Positions 54,350 through 62,124 of a stretch of 64,000 nucleotides of DNA are shown one piece after another. The position numbers were made by a program, and so were the translations under genes. A model generated the notes under the pieces. That model had not been told where the DNA came from and searched no databases. It saw nothing but the letters and a program-made list of their open reading frames with translations. Position 1 is the first letter of the stretch. Every line of letters begins with the position of its first letter. This DNA is from a virus. The DNA lies in IMG/VR virus record IMGVR_UViG_3300028902_000368, one strand, 5' to 3'.

Positions 54350-54350
54350 G

Positions 54351-54423
54351 TGCACCGCTTGGGGATCGAACCCAACTCTCCCGCGTATCAGACGGGCGAC
54401 CTCTACCAGAGGACCAGCAGTGC
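54351..54423 (-). tRNA. tRNA-Ile(GAT)
   Basis: Loop CTGATAC. Confidence 0.85.
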
Positions 54424-54424
54424 G

Positions 54425-54492
54425 TAGGACGCCAGGGAATCGGACCCTGTCGCGCGCCGTGTGAGGGCATGCTCCCTTCCAAGGGGCGTCCC
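54425..54492 (-). tRNA. tRNA-Val(CAC)
   Basis: Loop CTCACAC; T-loop TCCGATT; short. Confidence 0.7.
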
Positions 54493-54498
54493 GTGTCG

Positions 54499-54570
54499 TC
54501 GGCGTGGGGAGAATCGAACTCCCGAAATCTCGGTCCCGAACCGAGTGACCTACCACTGGCCTACACGCCG
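54499..54570 (-). tRNA. tRNA-Pro(CGG)
   Basis: Loop TTCGGGA. Confidence 0.9.
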
Positions 54571-54642
54571 TCTCGTTCACGAACTCGAGCCTACATGCTC
54601 GAGGTGGGCTCTGCAACCCATACACGACCCATGTGCGGGCCG

Positions 54643-54717
54643 TTGGTCAGCCTGGCGAGAATCGAACTCGCGACCTCTCCCTCCCCAAGGGAGCGCGCTA
54701 CCAGTGCGCTACAGGCT
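54643..54717 (-). tRNA. tRNA-Pro(GGG)
   Basis: Loop TTGGGGA; CCA. Confidence 0.9.
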
Positions 54718-54725
54718 GATGGTGG

Positions 54726-54795
54726 TTGGGGTGGCTGGTGTCGAACCAGACGCATACCCGGTTCAAGGCCGAGACGCCCTCCGAGGGACACCCCA
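54726..54795 (-). tRNA. tRNA-Gln(TTG)
   Basis: 5' TGGGGTG; loop CCTTGAA. Confidence 0.75.
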
Positions 54796-54796
54796 G

Positions 54797-54865
54797 TGGC
54801 TGCGAAGGGAGTCGAACCCTCGTGGTCACCCTTATGAGGAGCGCCCGTCTCCGAGACACGCAGCC
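54797..54865 (-). tRNA. tRNA-Met(CAT) (elongator Met or Ile2)
   Basis: Loop CTCATAA; short D arm. Confidence 0.75.
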
Positions 54866-54866
54866 G

Positions 54867-54938
54867 TGGATGCAGGGCCAGGTACTGCCCCTGGTCGCCG
54901 GGGTTATGGGCCCCAGCCAGCCTCTTGGCTTCCCTGCG
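54867..54938 (-). tRNA. Initiator-like tRNA-Met(CAT)
   Basis: C1.A72 mismatch; G-C-rich anticodon stem; T-loop GGCAGTA; CCA. Confidence 0.7.
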
Positions 54939-54939
54939 G

Positions 54940-55008
54940 CCCCCCGTGGTGGAGTTGAACCACCTACCCGACCTTCGGAGGGTCGGCGCCAGAGCCGCTG
55001 GACGGGGG
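54940..55008 (-). tRNA. tRNA-Arg(CCG)
   Basis: Loop CTCCGAA. Confidence 0.8.
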
Positions 55009-55010
55009 TC

Positions 55011-55499
55011 TCAGCCGATCGCGTTGTTGAACGCCGTCTTGTAGCCCTTCTTCCAGGCATCGGACTGGTCGGTGTCGTAGTGGACCATGAGGTCGCTCGG
55101 GTTCGCCGACGGGTCGATGCTCAGCGTCGCGATCGCCGCGAGGCCGTCCGCACGCCCCACCTGCGCACCGGCGTTGTAGTCGTCGGCGCCATCCGACGTG
55201 CTCGAGGGGCTCGGGCCGTACGCACCCGGGGGCCGCACTGGCTCGGCGCCCGGCGACGTCGTCACCCCACCCGGCAGCTTGCTCGGCTTGGGCAGCGAGA
55301 CCGTCGGCACCGTGGTCACCTTCTTCTTCGGCGGCACGGCGGCCGCACCGAGGCCAGCGGCCTGCTTCTTCTTGTAGGCCCGGTAGAGCACGATGCCACC
55401 GACGGCGAACCCACCCACGAGGGCGATGGTCCCCCACGGGATCGGCTTCTTGGCGAGAGCAGCGGAGGGGGTGGCGGGCATGGTGGCCATCCCCGGCAT
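55011..55499 (-). CDS. Membrane-anchored Pro/Ala-rich protein inside the tRNA cluster
   Basis: WGTIALVGGFAVGGIVLY-RAYKKK anchor resembles those of the left-end proteins. Confidence 0.65.
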   Translation of the reverse strand: MPGMATMPATPSAALAKKPIPWGTIALVGGFAVGGIVLYRAYKKKQAAGLGAAAVPPKKKVTTVPTVSLPKPSKLPGGVTTSPGAEPVRPPGAYGPSPSSTSDGADDYNAGAQVGRADGLAAIATLSIDPSANPSDLMVHYDTDQSDAWKKGYKTAFNNAIG

Positions 55500-55504
55500 C
55501 GTAG

Positions 55505-55574
55505 CACCCCCAGGTCGAATTGAACGACCGCAACCAACATTCGTAGTGTCGGCGCCGGATCCACCGGTGGGGGC
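55505..55574 (-). tRNA. tRNA-Arg(ACG)
   Basis: Loop CTACGAA. Confidence 0.8.
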
Positions 55575-55705
55575 AAATGGTGCCATGCTGTCCACGGAAA
55601 CGGCCATCGCCGCCTCATGTTCAGACCATGCCTGCTCGGGACCTGGTCCAAGAACCGCTCGGCCGAACGGTTCCTGGTAGGTGCCTCTTGCACCGGAGCA
55701 GGAGC

Positions 55706-55780
55706 TGGCGATCCCGAGGGGAGTCGAACCCCCATTTCCGCTGTGAGAGAGCGGTGGCCTGACCCTTAGCCGACGGGACC
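55706..55780 (-). tRNA. tRNA-Glu(CTC)
   Basis: Loop CTCTCAC; CCA. Confidence 0.9.
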
Positions 55781-55781
55781 G

Positions 55782-55854
55782 TGGAGACGTGGAGGGGAGT
55801 TGCACCCCATCTACGCGGTTTTGCAGACCGCGGCGCTCTCTGGAGCACCACGTC
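55782..55854 (-). tRNA. tRNA-Cys(GCA)
   Basis: Loop CTGCAAA; U73; CCA. Confidence 0.85.
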
Positions 55855-55858
55855 GTTG

Positions 55859-55932
55859 TGCACCCAGCGGGAGTCGAACCCAGCATCCCGCGCTTGAAAG
55901 GCGCGTGGCCTTACCACCTAGCCTATGGGTGC
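55859..55932 (-). tRNA. tRNA-Glu(TTC)
   Basis: Loop CTTTCAA. Confidence 0.85.
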
Positions 55933-56198
55933 GTCGCCCCCTCCCCAGGAATCGAACCCGGCGGCGCGGGCTTAGAAGGCCCAGCCTCGTCCAGCGTGGA
56001 GGAGTCTACCGGGGCGAGCTCGCGCAGGACGCCGCTCGCCAGGTGCGTTCTCGCGCGACCCAGCGCCCGCTCGAGCGACCCGTGGTGGCACTCGTCGGCC
56101 GCCTCCTCGTTGAGCAGGTGCTGGCAGCTCTTGCACCGCTCGATCGAGTCGAGCACGTTCACGAGGTCGCGCAGCAACCCATCGGACTTGTTGGCCAT
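55923..56198 (-). CDS. Possible small protein whose 3' end overlaps tRNA-Arg(TCT)
   Basis: MANKSDGLLRDLVNVL...CKSC; GC3-rich 5' part. Confidence 0.35.
   Translation of the reverse strand: MANKSDGLLRDLVNVLDSIERCKSCQHLLNEEAADECHHGSLERALGRARTHLASGVLRELAPVDSSTLDEAGPSKPAPPGSIPGEGATHP
55937..56004 (-). tRNA. tRNA-Arg(TCT)
   Basis: Loop CTTCTAA; minimal D arm. Confidence 0.7.
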
Positions 56199-56200
56199 CG

Positions 56201-56273
56201 AGCGTGTGGCGGGAATCGAACCCGTCCTGTCCTTCCTTGGCAAGGAAGTGCCTCACCAGTCGGCCTCACACGC
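56201..56273 (-). tRNA. tRNA-Gly(GCC)
   Basis: Loop TTGCCAA; U73. Confidence 0.9.
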
Positions 56274-56277
56274 ATTG

Positions 56278-56360
56278 CGGAGGGTAGAGGAGTCGAACCC
56301 CCACGTTTCACCGTGACCCGGTTTTCGAGACCGGTTGCCCGCCACTGAGCATTACCCTCC
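56278..56360 (-). tRNA. tRNA-Ser(CGA)
   Basis: Loop CTCGAAA; long variable arm; G73. Confidence 0.9.
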
Positions 56361-56362
56361 AG

Positions 56363-56956
56363 TCAACTCTCCTTCACCACTGCGGCGCCGAACAGCGCCA
56401 TGTTCTCGATCTGCAACGCGGATGCTGGGTCGAAGTGGAACTCGATGGAGTCCCCCTTCTCGGCCCAGTCTTCTCCACCGATCAGCGCCCCCAGCATCGC
56501 GCCCACCTCCGCATCGACCTCCGCAGCGACCTCGAGCCACCGCTGGGTGGGGCCCTCGGCCGCCAGCTCCAGCTCCTGCTGCGTGAGGCGACTCTTGATC
56601 TCGTCCGTCGGGCCTGCGACGACCCTGAGCGGCAACGGGGCCGCCAGCACCGCCGTCTTGCCGACCATGATCTGCTCGAGCCACTCGCTGCCCGTCAGCG
56701 CCGCTCGAGCCACCTTGAGCGTGAGGACGACCCGCTCCATCCGGAACGGCCGCGCGAGATCCTTGGCGATCCAGACCGACGGGTCACCTTCCTTCTGCAC
56801 CAGCACCACGCACGCGGTCGCGTGAGGCGGGCAGTGCCGCTGAGGCAGGCTGTGCCGCTGTGCCGCAGCTCGGATCCCGGCGATGACGTCCGCCGGAGCG
56901 TCCATCTTCTCCATGGCGTCGCCGATGACTTCTCCCAGGACCTTCGGTTCGGACAT
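56363..56956 (-). CDS. Hypothetical protein
   Basis: Preceded by a TTGACG promoter and the recurring motif. Confidence 0.65.
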   Translation of the reverse strand: MSEPKVLGEVIGDAMEKMDAPADVIAGIRAAAQRHSLPQRHCPPHATACVVLVQKEGDPSVWIAKDLARPFRMERVVLTLKVARAALTGSEWLEQIMVGKTAVLAAPLPLRVVAGPTDEIKSRLTQQELELAAEGPTQRWLEVAAEVDAEVGAMLGALIGGEDWAEKGDSIEFHFDPASALQIENMALFGAAVVKES

Positions 56957-57005
56957 GCCCGAAGTTACCCATGTGCGGGCCATGCCGTCAAGTGACCAAC
57001 ATCAG

Positions 57006-57077
57006 AGCGAGTGACCGGACTCGAACCGGCACCTCAGGGCTTGGAAGGCCCGCGCGCGACCATCGCGCCGCACCCGC
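57006..57077 (-). tRNA. tRNA-Gly(TCC)
   Basis: Loop CTTCCAA; U73. Confidence 0.9.
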
Positions 57078-57251
57078 AGGGAACGGTCTGCGCGTCCGCA
57101 GACCGGCTCGTGAAGGGCACGTAGCCACCCAACGAGGGGTTGAACCCCCATCCCCGCGCCTGGGGCTCCGTGACGCGGGTGACGGCGTGCGTTTCCACTT
57201 CGCTAACGCACAAGGCTTACCGAGGCCTTATCATCCCGGCATTGTGGCTTG

Positions 57252-57323
57252 AGCCAGTCGCGGGAGTCGAACCCGCCCCTCGTCCGTACCAAGGACGCGC
57301 CCCCCCACGGGGACCTGACCGGC
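57252..57323 (-). tRNA. tRNA-Thr(GGT)
   Basis: Loop TTGGTAC. Confidence 0.85.
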
Positions 57324-57326
57324 ATG

Positions 57327-57398
57327 TGGTCCAGCTGACGCCACCACTCCGCTCTTCGGCACGTTGGCGCCCGCGAACGAAGTGGTCACGCCAGCTGG
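57327..57398 (-). ncRNA. Rod-shaped RNA ending in ACCA, between two tRNAs
   Basis: 11-bp plus 9-bp stems (CCAGCTGGCGT/GCGTCAGCTGG; ACCACTTCG/CGGAGTGGT), then ACCA. Confidence 0.45.
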
Positions 57399-57399
57399 G

Positions 57400-57470
57400 T
57401 GGACTCGAGGGGAATCGAACCCCCAACTCCTCATTGCGAACGAGGTGCTTGCCCTTCAAGCTACGAGCCC
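57400..57470 (-). tRNA. tRNA-Ala(CGC)
   Basis: Loop TTCGCAA; G3:U70. Confidence 0.9.
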
Positions 57471-57534
57471 GGGAGCGCGACAGCGATGAGGCAGCGACGC
57501 GCGAAACGCACGTGGCCGCTCACCGAAGTCGCGG

Positions 57535-57605
57535 TGGAGAAGACCAGAGTCGAACTGGCATCATCCGCTCGCAAAGCGGTGGTACTTCCGTTGTACGACT
57601 TCCCC
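57535..57605 (-). tRNA. tRNA-Ala(TGC)
   Basis: Loop TTTGCGA; G3:U70. Confidence 0.85.
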
Positions 57606-57609
57606 GAAG

Positions 57610-57691
57610 TGCCGAGAGCGGGAGTTGAACCCGCATGCCACGTGGGCGGCGAGGTTTGAGCTCGCTGCGTCTGCCGTTCCGCCACCTCGGC
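57610..57691 (-). tRNA. tRNA-Leu(CAA)
   Basis: Loop CTCAAAC; long variable arm. Confidence 0.9.
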
Positions 57692-57696
57692 GATGT

Positions 57697-57770
57697 TGGT
57701 GGACCCGAGGGGAATCGAACCCCTGACTCCTCGCTGCCAGCGAAGTGCTTGCCCTTCAAGCTACGAGCCC
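57697..57770 (-). tRNA. tRNA-Ala(GGC)
   Basis: Loop CTGGCAG; G3:U70; CCA. Confidence 0.9.
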
Positions 57771-57859
57771 GTCATCACCAGAGCGCGGCTCGTGCTGGCG
57801 ATCCCACGTTCGCGACCTTGATGGTGCCGCTCGCTCTGTCACGCAGCCTCGGCATGCGC

Positions 57860-57931
57860 TGGCACGGACGCCAGGAATCGAACCTGGTCCCGCGGAGTTG
57901 GAAACCGCTCGGCCGCCATGGCCTCGTCCGT
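57860..57931 (-). tRNA. tRNA-Trp(CCA)
   Basis: Loop TTCCAAC closed by U.U; CCA. Confidence 0.75.
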
Positions 57932-57932
57932 G

Positions 57933-58019
57933 TGGCGGAAGACGGAGGGCTCGAACCCCAGTGCCGAAGCACCGCACCGGATAGCAACCGGGCTCGCTCC
58001 CTTGAGCGATTCATCTTCC
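57933..58019 (-). tRNA. tRNA-Ser(GCT)
   Basis: Loop TTGCTAT; long variable arm; CCA. Confidence 0.9.
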
Positions 58020-58095
58020 ATGGGCCGGGGTGTCGCGATTTCACGCGGTGCTGATCCGGCGGAGCACCACCCGTGTTGAGGCTCACGGGAGCCAG

Positions 58096-58167
58096 CGCCT
58101 CGTACGGGGATTGAACCCGTCTCAACCGCGAGACAGGCGGCCTGCGACCCCAGTCGCATCACGAGGC
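58096..58167 (-). tRNA. tRNA-Asp(GTC)
   Basis: Loop CTGTCTC; G73. Confidence 0.85.
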
Positions 58168-58168
58168 A

Positions 58169-58239
58169 TGGCGTCCCTGCGCGGAATCGAACCGCGTCGC
58201 TTGGCCTTAGGAGTGCCAGCGCCGACCTTCGGCAAGGAC
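58169..58239 (-). tRNA. tRNA-Arg(CCT)
   Basis: Loop CTCCTAA closed by A.G; CCA. Confidence 0.75.
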
Positions 58240-58241
58240 GT

Positions 58242-58318
58242 TGGGGTGGTGTACGGGTACTGCCCCCGTCGAAGACCGATCCACAATCGGCCGGGTTCTC
58301 TTGCTCCCTCACACCACC
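58242..58318 (-). tRNA. tRNA-His(GTG)
   Basis: Loop TTGTGGA; G-1/C73; T-loop GGCAGTA; CCA. Confidence 0.85.
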
Positions 58319-58325
58319 ATGATCG

Positions 58326-58397
58326 TCGGGGTGACTGGAATCGAACCAGCAACATCGTGCACCCAAAGCACGAGCACTACCGCTGTGCGACACCCCG
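58326..58397 (-). tRNA. tRNA-Pro(TGG)
   Basis: Loop TTTGGGT. Confidence 0.9.
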
Positions 58398-58398
58398 G

Positions 58399-58470
58399 TG
58401 GTCCAGGTCGGACTCGAACCGACTCCTCCTGGGTTTCAACCAAGCGCGCAACCCGTTGCGCCTCCGGACC
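58399..58470 (-). tRNA. tRNA-Phe(GAA)
   Basis: Loop TTGAAAC. Confidence 0.85.
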
Positions 58471-58476
58471 GTGTAG

Positions 58477-58548
58477 AGCCCCCTGCCGGAATCGAACCGG
58501 CTTCTCCGCAGTACGAAAGCGGCACCTCACCATGTAGGCGTAGGGGAC
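58477..58548 (-). tRNA. tRNA-Thr(CGT)
   Basis: Loop TTCGTAC closed by U.U. Confidence 0.8.
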
Positions 58549-58549
58549 G

Positions 58550-58626
58550 TGGCGTAGCCCCAGGGGATCGAACCCTGCTTGGACCGGTTAACAGCCGGTT
58601 GCACTCACCAGAGGTGCGAGGGCCAC
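58550..58626 (-). tRNA. tRNA-Asn(GTT)
   Basis: Loop CTGTTAA; CCA. Confidence 0.9.
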
Positions 58627-58670
58627 AGTTTCCGAGCGGCGCTTGCAACGCCGATCGGATGAAAGTTCAG

Positions 58671-58684
58671 GTTGTCAGAGAGCA
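58671..58684 (-). promoter_or_regulatory. boxA-like antitermination site inside the tRNA cluster
   Basis: TGCTCTCTGACAAC. Confidence 0.5.
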
Positions 58685-58700
58685 GGTTCCCTTGCGGGAG

Positions 58701-58775
58701 TGGTTGGGGATGGTGGACTCGAACCACCAGTGCCGGACTCAGAAACCGGTGCCTTAGCCGTTTGGCGAATCCCCA
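58701..58775 (-). tRNA. tRNA-Gln(CTG)
   Basis: 5' TGGGGAT; loop TTCTGAG; CCA. Confidence 0.9.
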
Positions 58776-58782
58776 ATGATCG

Positions 58783-58855
58783 TGGGTCCGGGGGGAATTG
58801 AACCCCCTCCTGTCGAGGTAAGAGCTCGCTATGCCGACCATTACACCTCGGACCC
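58783..58855 (-). tRNA. tRNA-Lys(CTT)
   Basis: Loop CTCTTAC. Confidence 0.85.
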
Positions 58856-58863
58856 GTGTGCCG

Positions 58864-58935
58864 TGGAGGCGGAGAGGATCGAACTCTCGCCTGATGGGGT
58901 AAAAGCCCACTGTGCAGCCGCTACACTACGCCTCC
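58864..58935 (-). tRNA. tRNA-Lys(TTT)
   Basis: Loop CTTTTAC. Confidence 0.85.
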
Positions 58936-58980
58936 TCGTCGATGCGGCTTGTTGGTTTGCGCTTCATCTGATGCCTTTCG

Positions 58981-59056
58981 TCCCGGTGCCAGGAATCGAA
59001 CCTGACTAGCCGAGTGGGTTACAACCACCCATCGGTCCCAGCCGAACTTCACCGGG
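58981..59056 (-). tRNA. tRNA-Tyr(GTA)
   Basis: GGGTGG-TTGTAAC-CCACTC; lacks the long variable arm. Confidence 0.75.
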
Positions 59057-59061
59057 TCAGA

Positions 59062-59098
59062 AACGAGAAAGGCCGCCTGGGTTTCCCTGGGCGGCCTC
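59062..59098 (-). terminator. Terminator/attenuator-like hairpin just upstream of the first tRNA
   Basis: GAGGCCGCCCAGG-GAAA-CCCAGGCGGCCTT, then TCTCGTTT. Confidence 0.5.
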
Positions 59099-59293
59099 GA
59101 ACGGAGCTTGCTGCTGCTCGTCTTGGTCCGCCCCTATCCCTCCTCCGGCTTGCGCGTATTCCCGAAGAAGGGGGCTCGGGGATCCTGGGTGCACTCCGCC
59201 GCATAGCCGACCGCAGCCCACACGCCGCCGTGACCCCTGTGGGCCGCGGTGCGAATGGAGCTGGTGGCTGACGGGCACAACATCTTGTCTCCC

Positions 59294-59322
59294 ACGATGA
59301 TGGGGCATCGCCGACCTGTCAA
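59294..59322 (-). promoter_or_regulatory. Sigma70-like promoter of the main tRNA cluster
   Basis: TTGACA-N17-CATCGT with an A/T-rich upstream tract. Confidence 0.65.
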
Positions 59323-59338
59323 GAACTATTTTTCGGAC

Positions 59339-59890
59339 TCAATCCGTGAAGCGCAACTTGGGCTTCGGCAGCGACAGTGGCGGGTCCTGCGTGAACGGCT
59401 TGCGGTACACCCCGCGCCGCTCCGCTTCCTCGAGCAGCTCGCGCACCACCCTCGAGTTGCCGGTGTTCTCTGCGTGCACCCCGTGCACGACCGTCTCGAT
59501 GTCGTTGTCGCCGAGGATGCGGCTGAGCGCGCGGGCGACGCCCACCGAACGAGAGAGGCCCGCCTCGCAATGCACCACGATGAGCATCGGGCCGCGCGGC
59601 GCGTCGATCACCACGGGCAGCACCTCGTCCAGGATCGTCCTCGCGGCCGCCCGATCGAACAGGTGCGTCGGGTGCCCGTCCTTGAGGAGCCCGTCGATCA
59701 CGTCTTGGGGCATCTGGTCGCAGTAGTCGTGGAACTCGAGCCGCACGATCTTCGCCTGCGGCGCGTCGTTGAAGCGCACTGGGTGGCTCTTCGGATCGGT
59801 GATGCTCACGATGACCGACGGCGCGAACTCGATCTGGTACTCGCGCGCGAGCATCCGACCGCACACGTAGAAGTGCACCTCGGCCGACAT
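59339..59890 (-). CDS. Tyrosine/dual-specificity phosphatase-like protein
   Basis: IVSITDP...RLEFHD...VVHCEAGLSRS (CX5R). Confidence 0.85.
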   Translation of the reverse strand: MSAEVHFYVCGRMLAREYQIEFAPSVIVSITDPKSHPVRFNDAPQAKIVRLEFHDYCDQMPQDVIDGLLKDGHPTHLFDRAAARTILDEVLPVVIDAPRGPMLIVVHCEAGLSRSVGVARALSRILGDNDIETVVHGVHAENTGNSRVVRELLEEAERRGVYRKPFTQDPPLSLPKPKLRFTD

Positions 59891-60150
59891 CAGGCGGCCG
59901 CCTTGATCAGGCACCCGTACTTCGAGACCCAGCGATCGATTCCCGCGCGCTCGTGCACGACGCGCGCGTGCTCACCCGCGGCGACCACCACCTTGCACCG
60001 GATGCCGCACGTCGCGCTCCAGCGATCGCCCGCACCGATCGCCTCGGCATGCGCCTTCGTGCATGGCACCATGACGAACATGCCCTCGTCGAAGTAGGCG
60101 GGGTGGTCGTAACCGCTGCCGGGCATGATCTGGTCCGGATACAGGCTCAT
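59890..60150 (-). CDS. Hypothetical protein
   Basis: TGATG overlap. Confidence 0.5.
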   Translation of the reverse strand: MSLYPDQIMPGSGYDHPAYFDEGMFVMVPCTKAHAEAIGAGDRWSATCGIRCKVVVAAGEHARVVHERAGIDRWVSKYGCLIKAAA

Positions 60151-60196
60151 ACACAGACCATACCCGGACCATGTCCGAGCGGCAACGCGCGGACGG

Positions 60197-60886
60197 TCAG
60201 GCCGGCTCGGGCTGCACCAGTGCGACGACGATGGAACCGCCACCACCCTTGGTCGGACCCTGGTACTGGCACGGGACATCCGGCTTGTACTGGGTGCCCG
60301 TCTTGCAGCCGGTCGTGGTGCCCGCGGGGAACCCGCACGGCGGCTTGAGCCGAGAGGTGCAGGCGTCACAGCCCAGCGGGTAGACGCCGAACGACTTCTC
60401 GTTGTTCGACTTGCCGCGCGTGAAGAGCTTCGTCCCGTTCGCGTCGACGACGATGAAGTTCGAGAAGCCGTCGACCAGGGAGATGTCGGTCACGTCGTAC
60501 CAGCTCGGGTTGTTGGCGTTCACCTCGGCCTTCGTCGTGCCACAGGTCACCGGGCTGTCGAAGCTGATGGTGACGTTCAGGTAGCTCCCTCCCGTGGGCA
60601 GCGCCTGCTTCGTCTTCGCCTTCAAGGGGAAGGAACAGGTGAGGGTCGAGCTCGGGGGGCAGAACGTCCACGAGGACGGCAGGACGACCGAGTCCGAACC
60701 GAACGCCAGGAACACCACGGTGTCCTTGGCCGTAGCGTTCTCCACCGTCACGCTCGTGCCCACGGCCGTGTCCGCGCTCGCGTCGGGCGCAGGCGCGTCC
60801 GCGCGCGTGGGCCCGGGCGTGGGCGAGCAGGGGTGGCAGCCACAGAGGACCGTGGCGAGGATCAGCAGCAGCGACAGCGCCTTCAT
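60197..60886 (-). CDS. Cys-rich lipoprotein with thaumatin-like motif
   Basis: Lipobox-like LCGC; TKAEVN...YDVTDISLVDGFS resembles thaumatin AEFT...YDVSLVDG(F/Y)N. Confidence 0.6.
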   Translation of the reverse strand: MKALSLLLILATVLCGCHPCSPTPGPTRADAPAPDASADTAVGTSVTVENATAKDTVVFLAFGSDSVVLPSSWTFCPPSSTLTCSFPLKAKTKQALPTGGSYLNVTISFDSPVTCGTTKAEVNANNPSWYDVTDISLVDGFSNFIVVDANGTKLFTRGKSNNEKSFGVYPLGCDACTSRLKPPCGFPAGTTTGCKTGTQYKPDVPCQYQGPTKGGGGSIVVALVQPEPA

Positions 60887-61380
60887 TTCTTCACCATCCC
60901 TGACAGAGCCCAGAGAGAGACGTACCCCACCGCCACAGCGACCGGAGCGAGAGCACCGATCGCTCCGACCTTCGCCACCTTCTTGCCGAGTTCCTTCCTG
61001 CCCGCCAGGTACATGACGCCACCGACCGGCACCGCGACGAAGCATCCCATCCAGAGCACGTCCATCGCCTTCGCGACCATGCCAGGCCCCGACTGGACGG
61101 CGGGGGCTGGCGCGACAGGAACGGGTTGGCTGGACGCGACCGGGGGCAGCGCGGTGGCCACGTCAGCGCCCGTGTGCAGGCGCTCGCGCGCGTGGGCGCG
61201 CACGCACGCCGCGTGCGAGTGAGCGTTCGTCGGGTCCTTGCCGTGGTCCCACGGGCCGAAGTGGATCTCGCCGTTGAAGCGGTGCCAGTGGTGACCGTTC
61301 TTGCAGCGGGTGTCGCCCGCGCGGCAGCGACACGTGGTGACGCCGGGCTCGTTGCAGGTCGGGCAGTTGCCGTAGCTCAT
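60883..61380 (-). CDS. Protein with Cys/His-rich N-terminus and two C-terminal TM helices
   Basis: CPTC...CRC...C.NGH; ATGA overlap. Confidence 0.6.
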   Translation of the reverse strand: MSYGNCPTCNEPGVTTCRCRAGDTRCKNGHHWHRFNGEIHFGPWDHGKDPTNAHSHAACVRAHARERLHTGADVATALPPVASSQPVPVAPAPAVQSGPGMVAKAMDVLWMGCFVAVPVGGVMYLAGRKELGKKVAKVGAIGALAPVAVAVGYVSLWALSGMVKK

Positions 61381-62123
61381 CGCATCCCCCGCCGTGGGCT
61401 CATGGACTCGGCCAGCACCCCTTCGGCGAACCCTTCGTCGAACCCCTGCTTCTTCCAGTAGTGGCGGCCATCCTGCTCCCTCTCGGCGCACTCGAGCAGC
61501 CGAGCGCCCATCGCCGTGTTGGCCTGCTGCGCCTTCTTGCGCATGAGCAGGTACGTCCCGAGCGCGCCCGCGCCCGCGCCCACGAGGCCGGCGATCGCCA
61601 CCAGCTTCACGGTGTCGAGGAACGGTGTCGCGACCGGGGTCGCGTCTGCGCCCGCGTACGCGGGGGCGTCCAGGCCCCCGCCCGTGTGCGCGCCGCCCGT
61701 GCGGGGGAGCGAGGCACCGAACACCCCGAGCTGCGCCCCGGGCGCGCTCGAGGCGCTCACGCGCTTGACCATGATGCGGACCTCTCCCTGGGGAGGGACG
61801 ACCGGCATCTTGTCGTCGAAGCGCATCCGGGCGTCGCCCTCGGTGCTCGAGCGGATCGCGTGGCCGTTGACCTCCACGCTCACCACCAAGGCGCCCTCGC
61901 CCTGCACGTACTGGATCATCGCGTCGGTCGGACCGCGGTTGACCCAATGGAGCAGCGTCAGCGCCCCGTGCGTCTCGAGGGGGCTCGCGTCCACCCGGGT
62001 GAACACGCACGCCGACATGGGCGTGGGCGCGCGCATGAGCACGGGCGAGCTCGCGGGCGCGGGCGCGCGCGAGCGGGTGGGGGCGGGGGTGCGGGCGAAC
62101 GCGGGGGACTGGAAGGGGGGCAT
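61377..62123 (-). CDS. Hypothetical protein with beta-domain and C-terminal TM helix
   Basis: LVAIAGLVGAGAGALGTYLLM-RKK. Confidence 0.65.
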   Translation of the reverse strand: MPPFQSPAFARTPAPTRSRAPAPASSPVLMRAPTPMSACVFTRVDASPLETHGALTLLHWVNRGPTDAMIQYVQGEGALVVSVEVNGHAIRSSTEGDARMRFDDKMPVVPPQGEVRIMVKRVSASSAPGAQLGVFGASLPRTGGAHTGGGLDAPAYAGADATPVATPFLDTVKLVAIAGLVGAGAGALGTYLLMRKKAQQANTAMGARLLECAEREQDGRHYWKKQGFDEGFAEGVLAESMSPRRGMR

Positions 62124-62124
62124 G

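Noticed and set aside
54571-54642. Hairpins between the two tRNA-Pro genes as a further tRNA
   Set aside because: No T arm or acceptor pairing; the segment contains the recurring regulatory motif instead.
57120-57190. tRNA-like remnant (GTCACCC/GGGTGGC with a TTCAACC loop)
   Set aside because: D and anticodon arms cannot be drawn convincingly, so it was not called.
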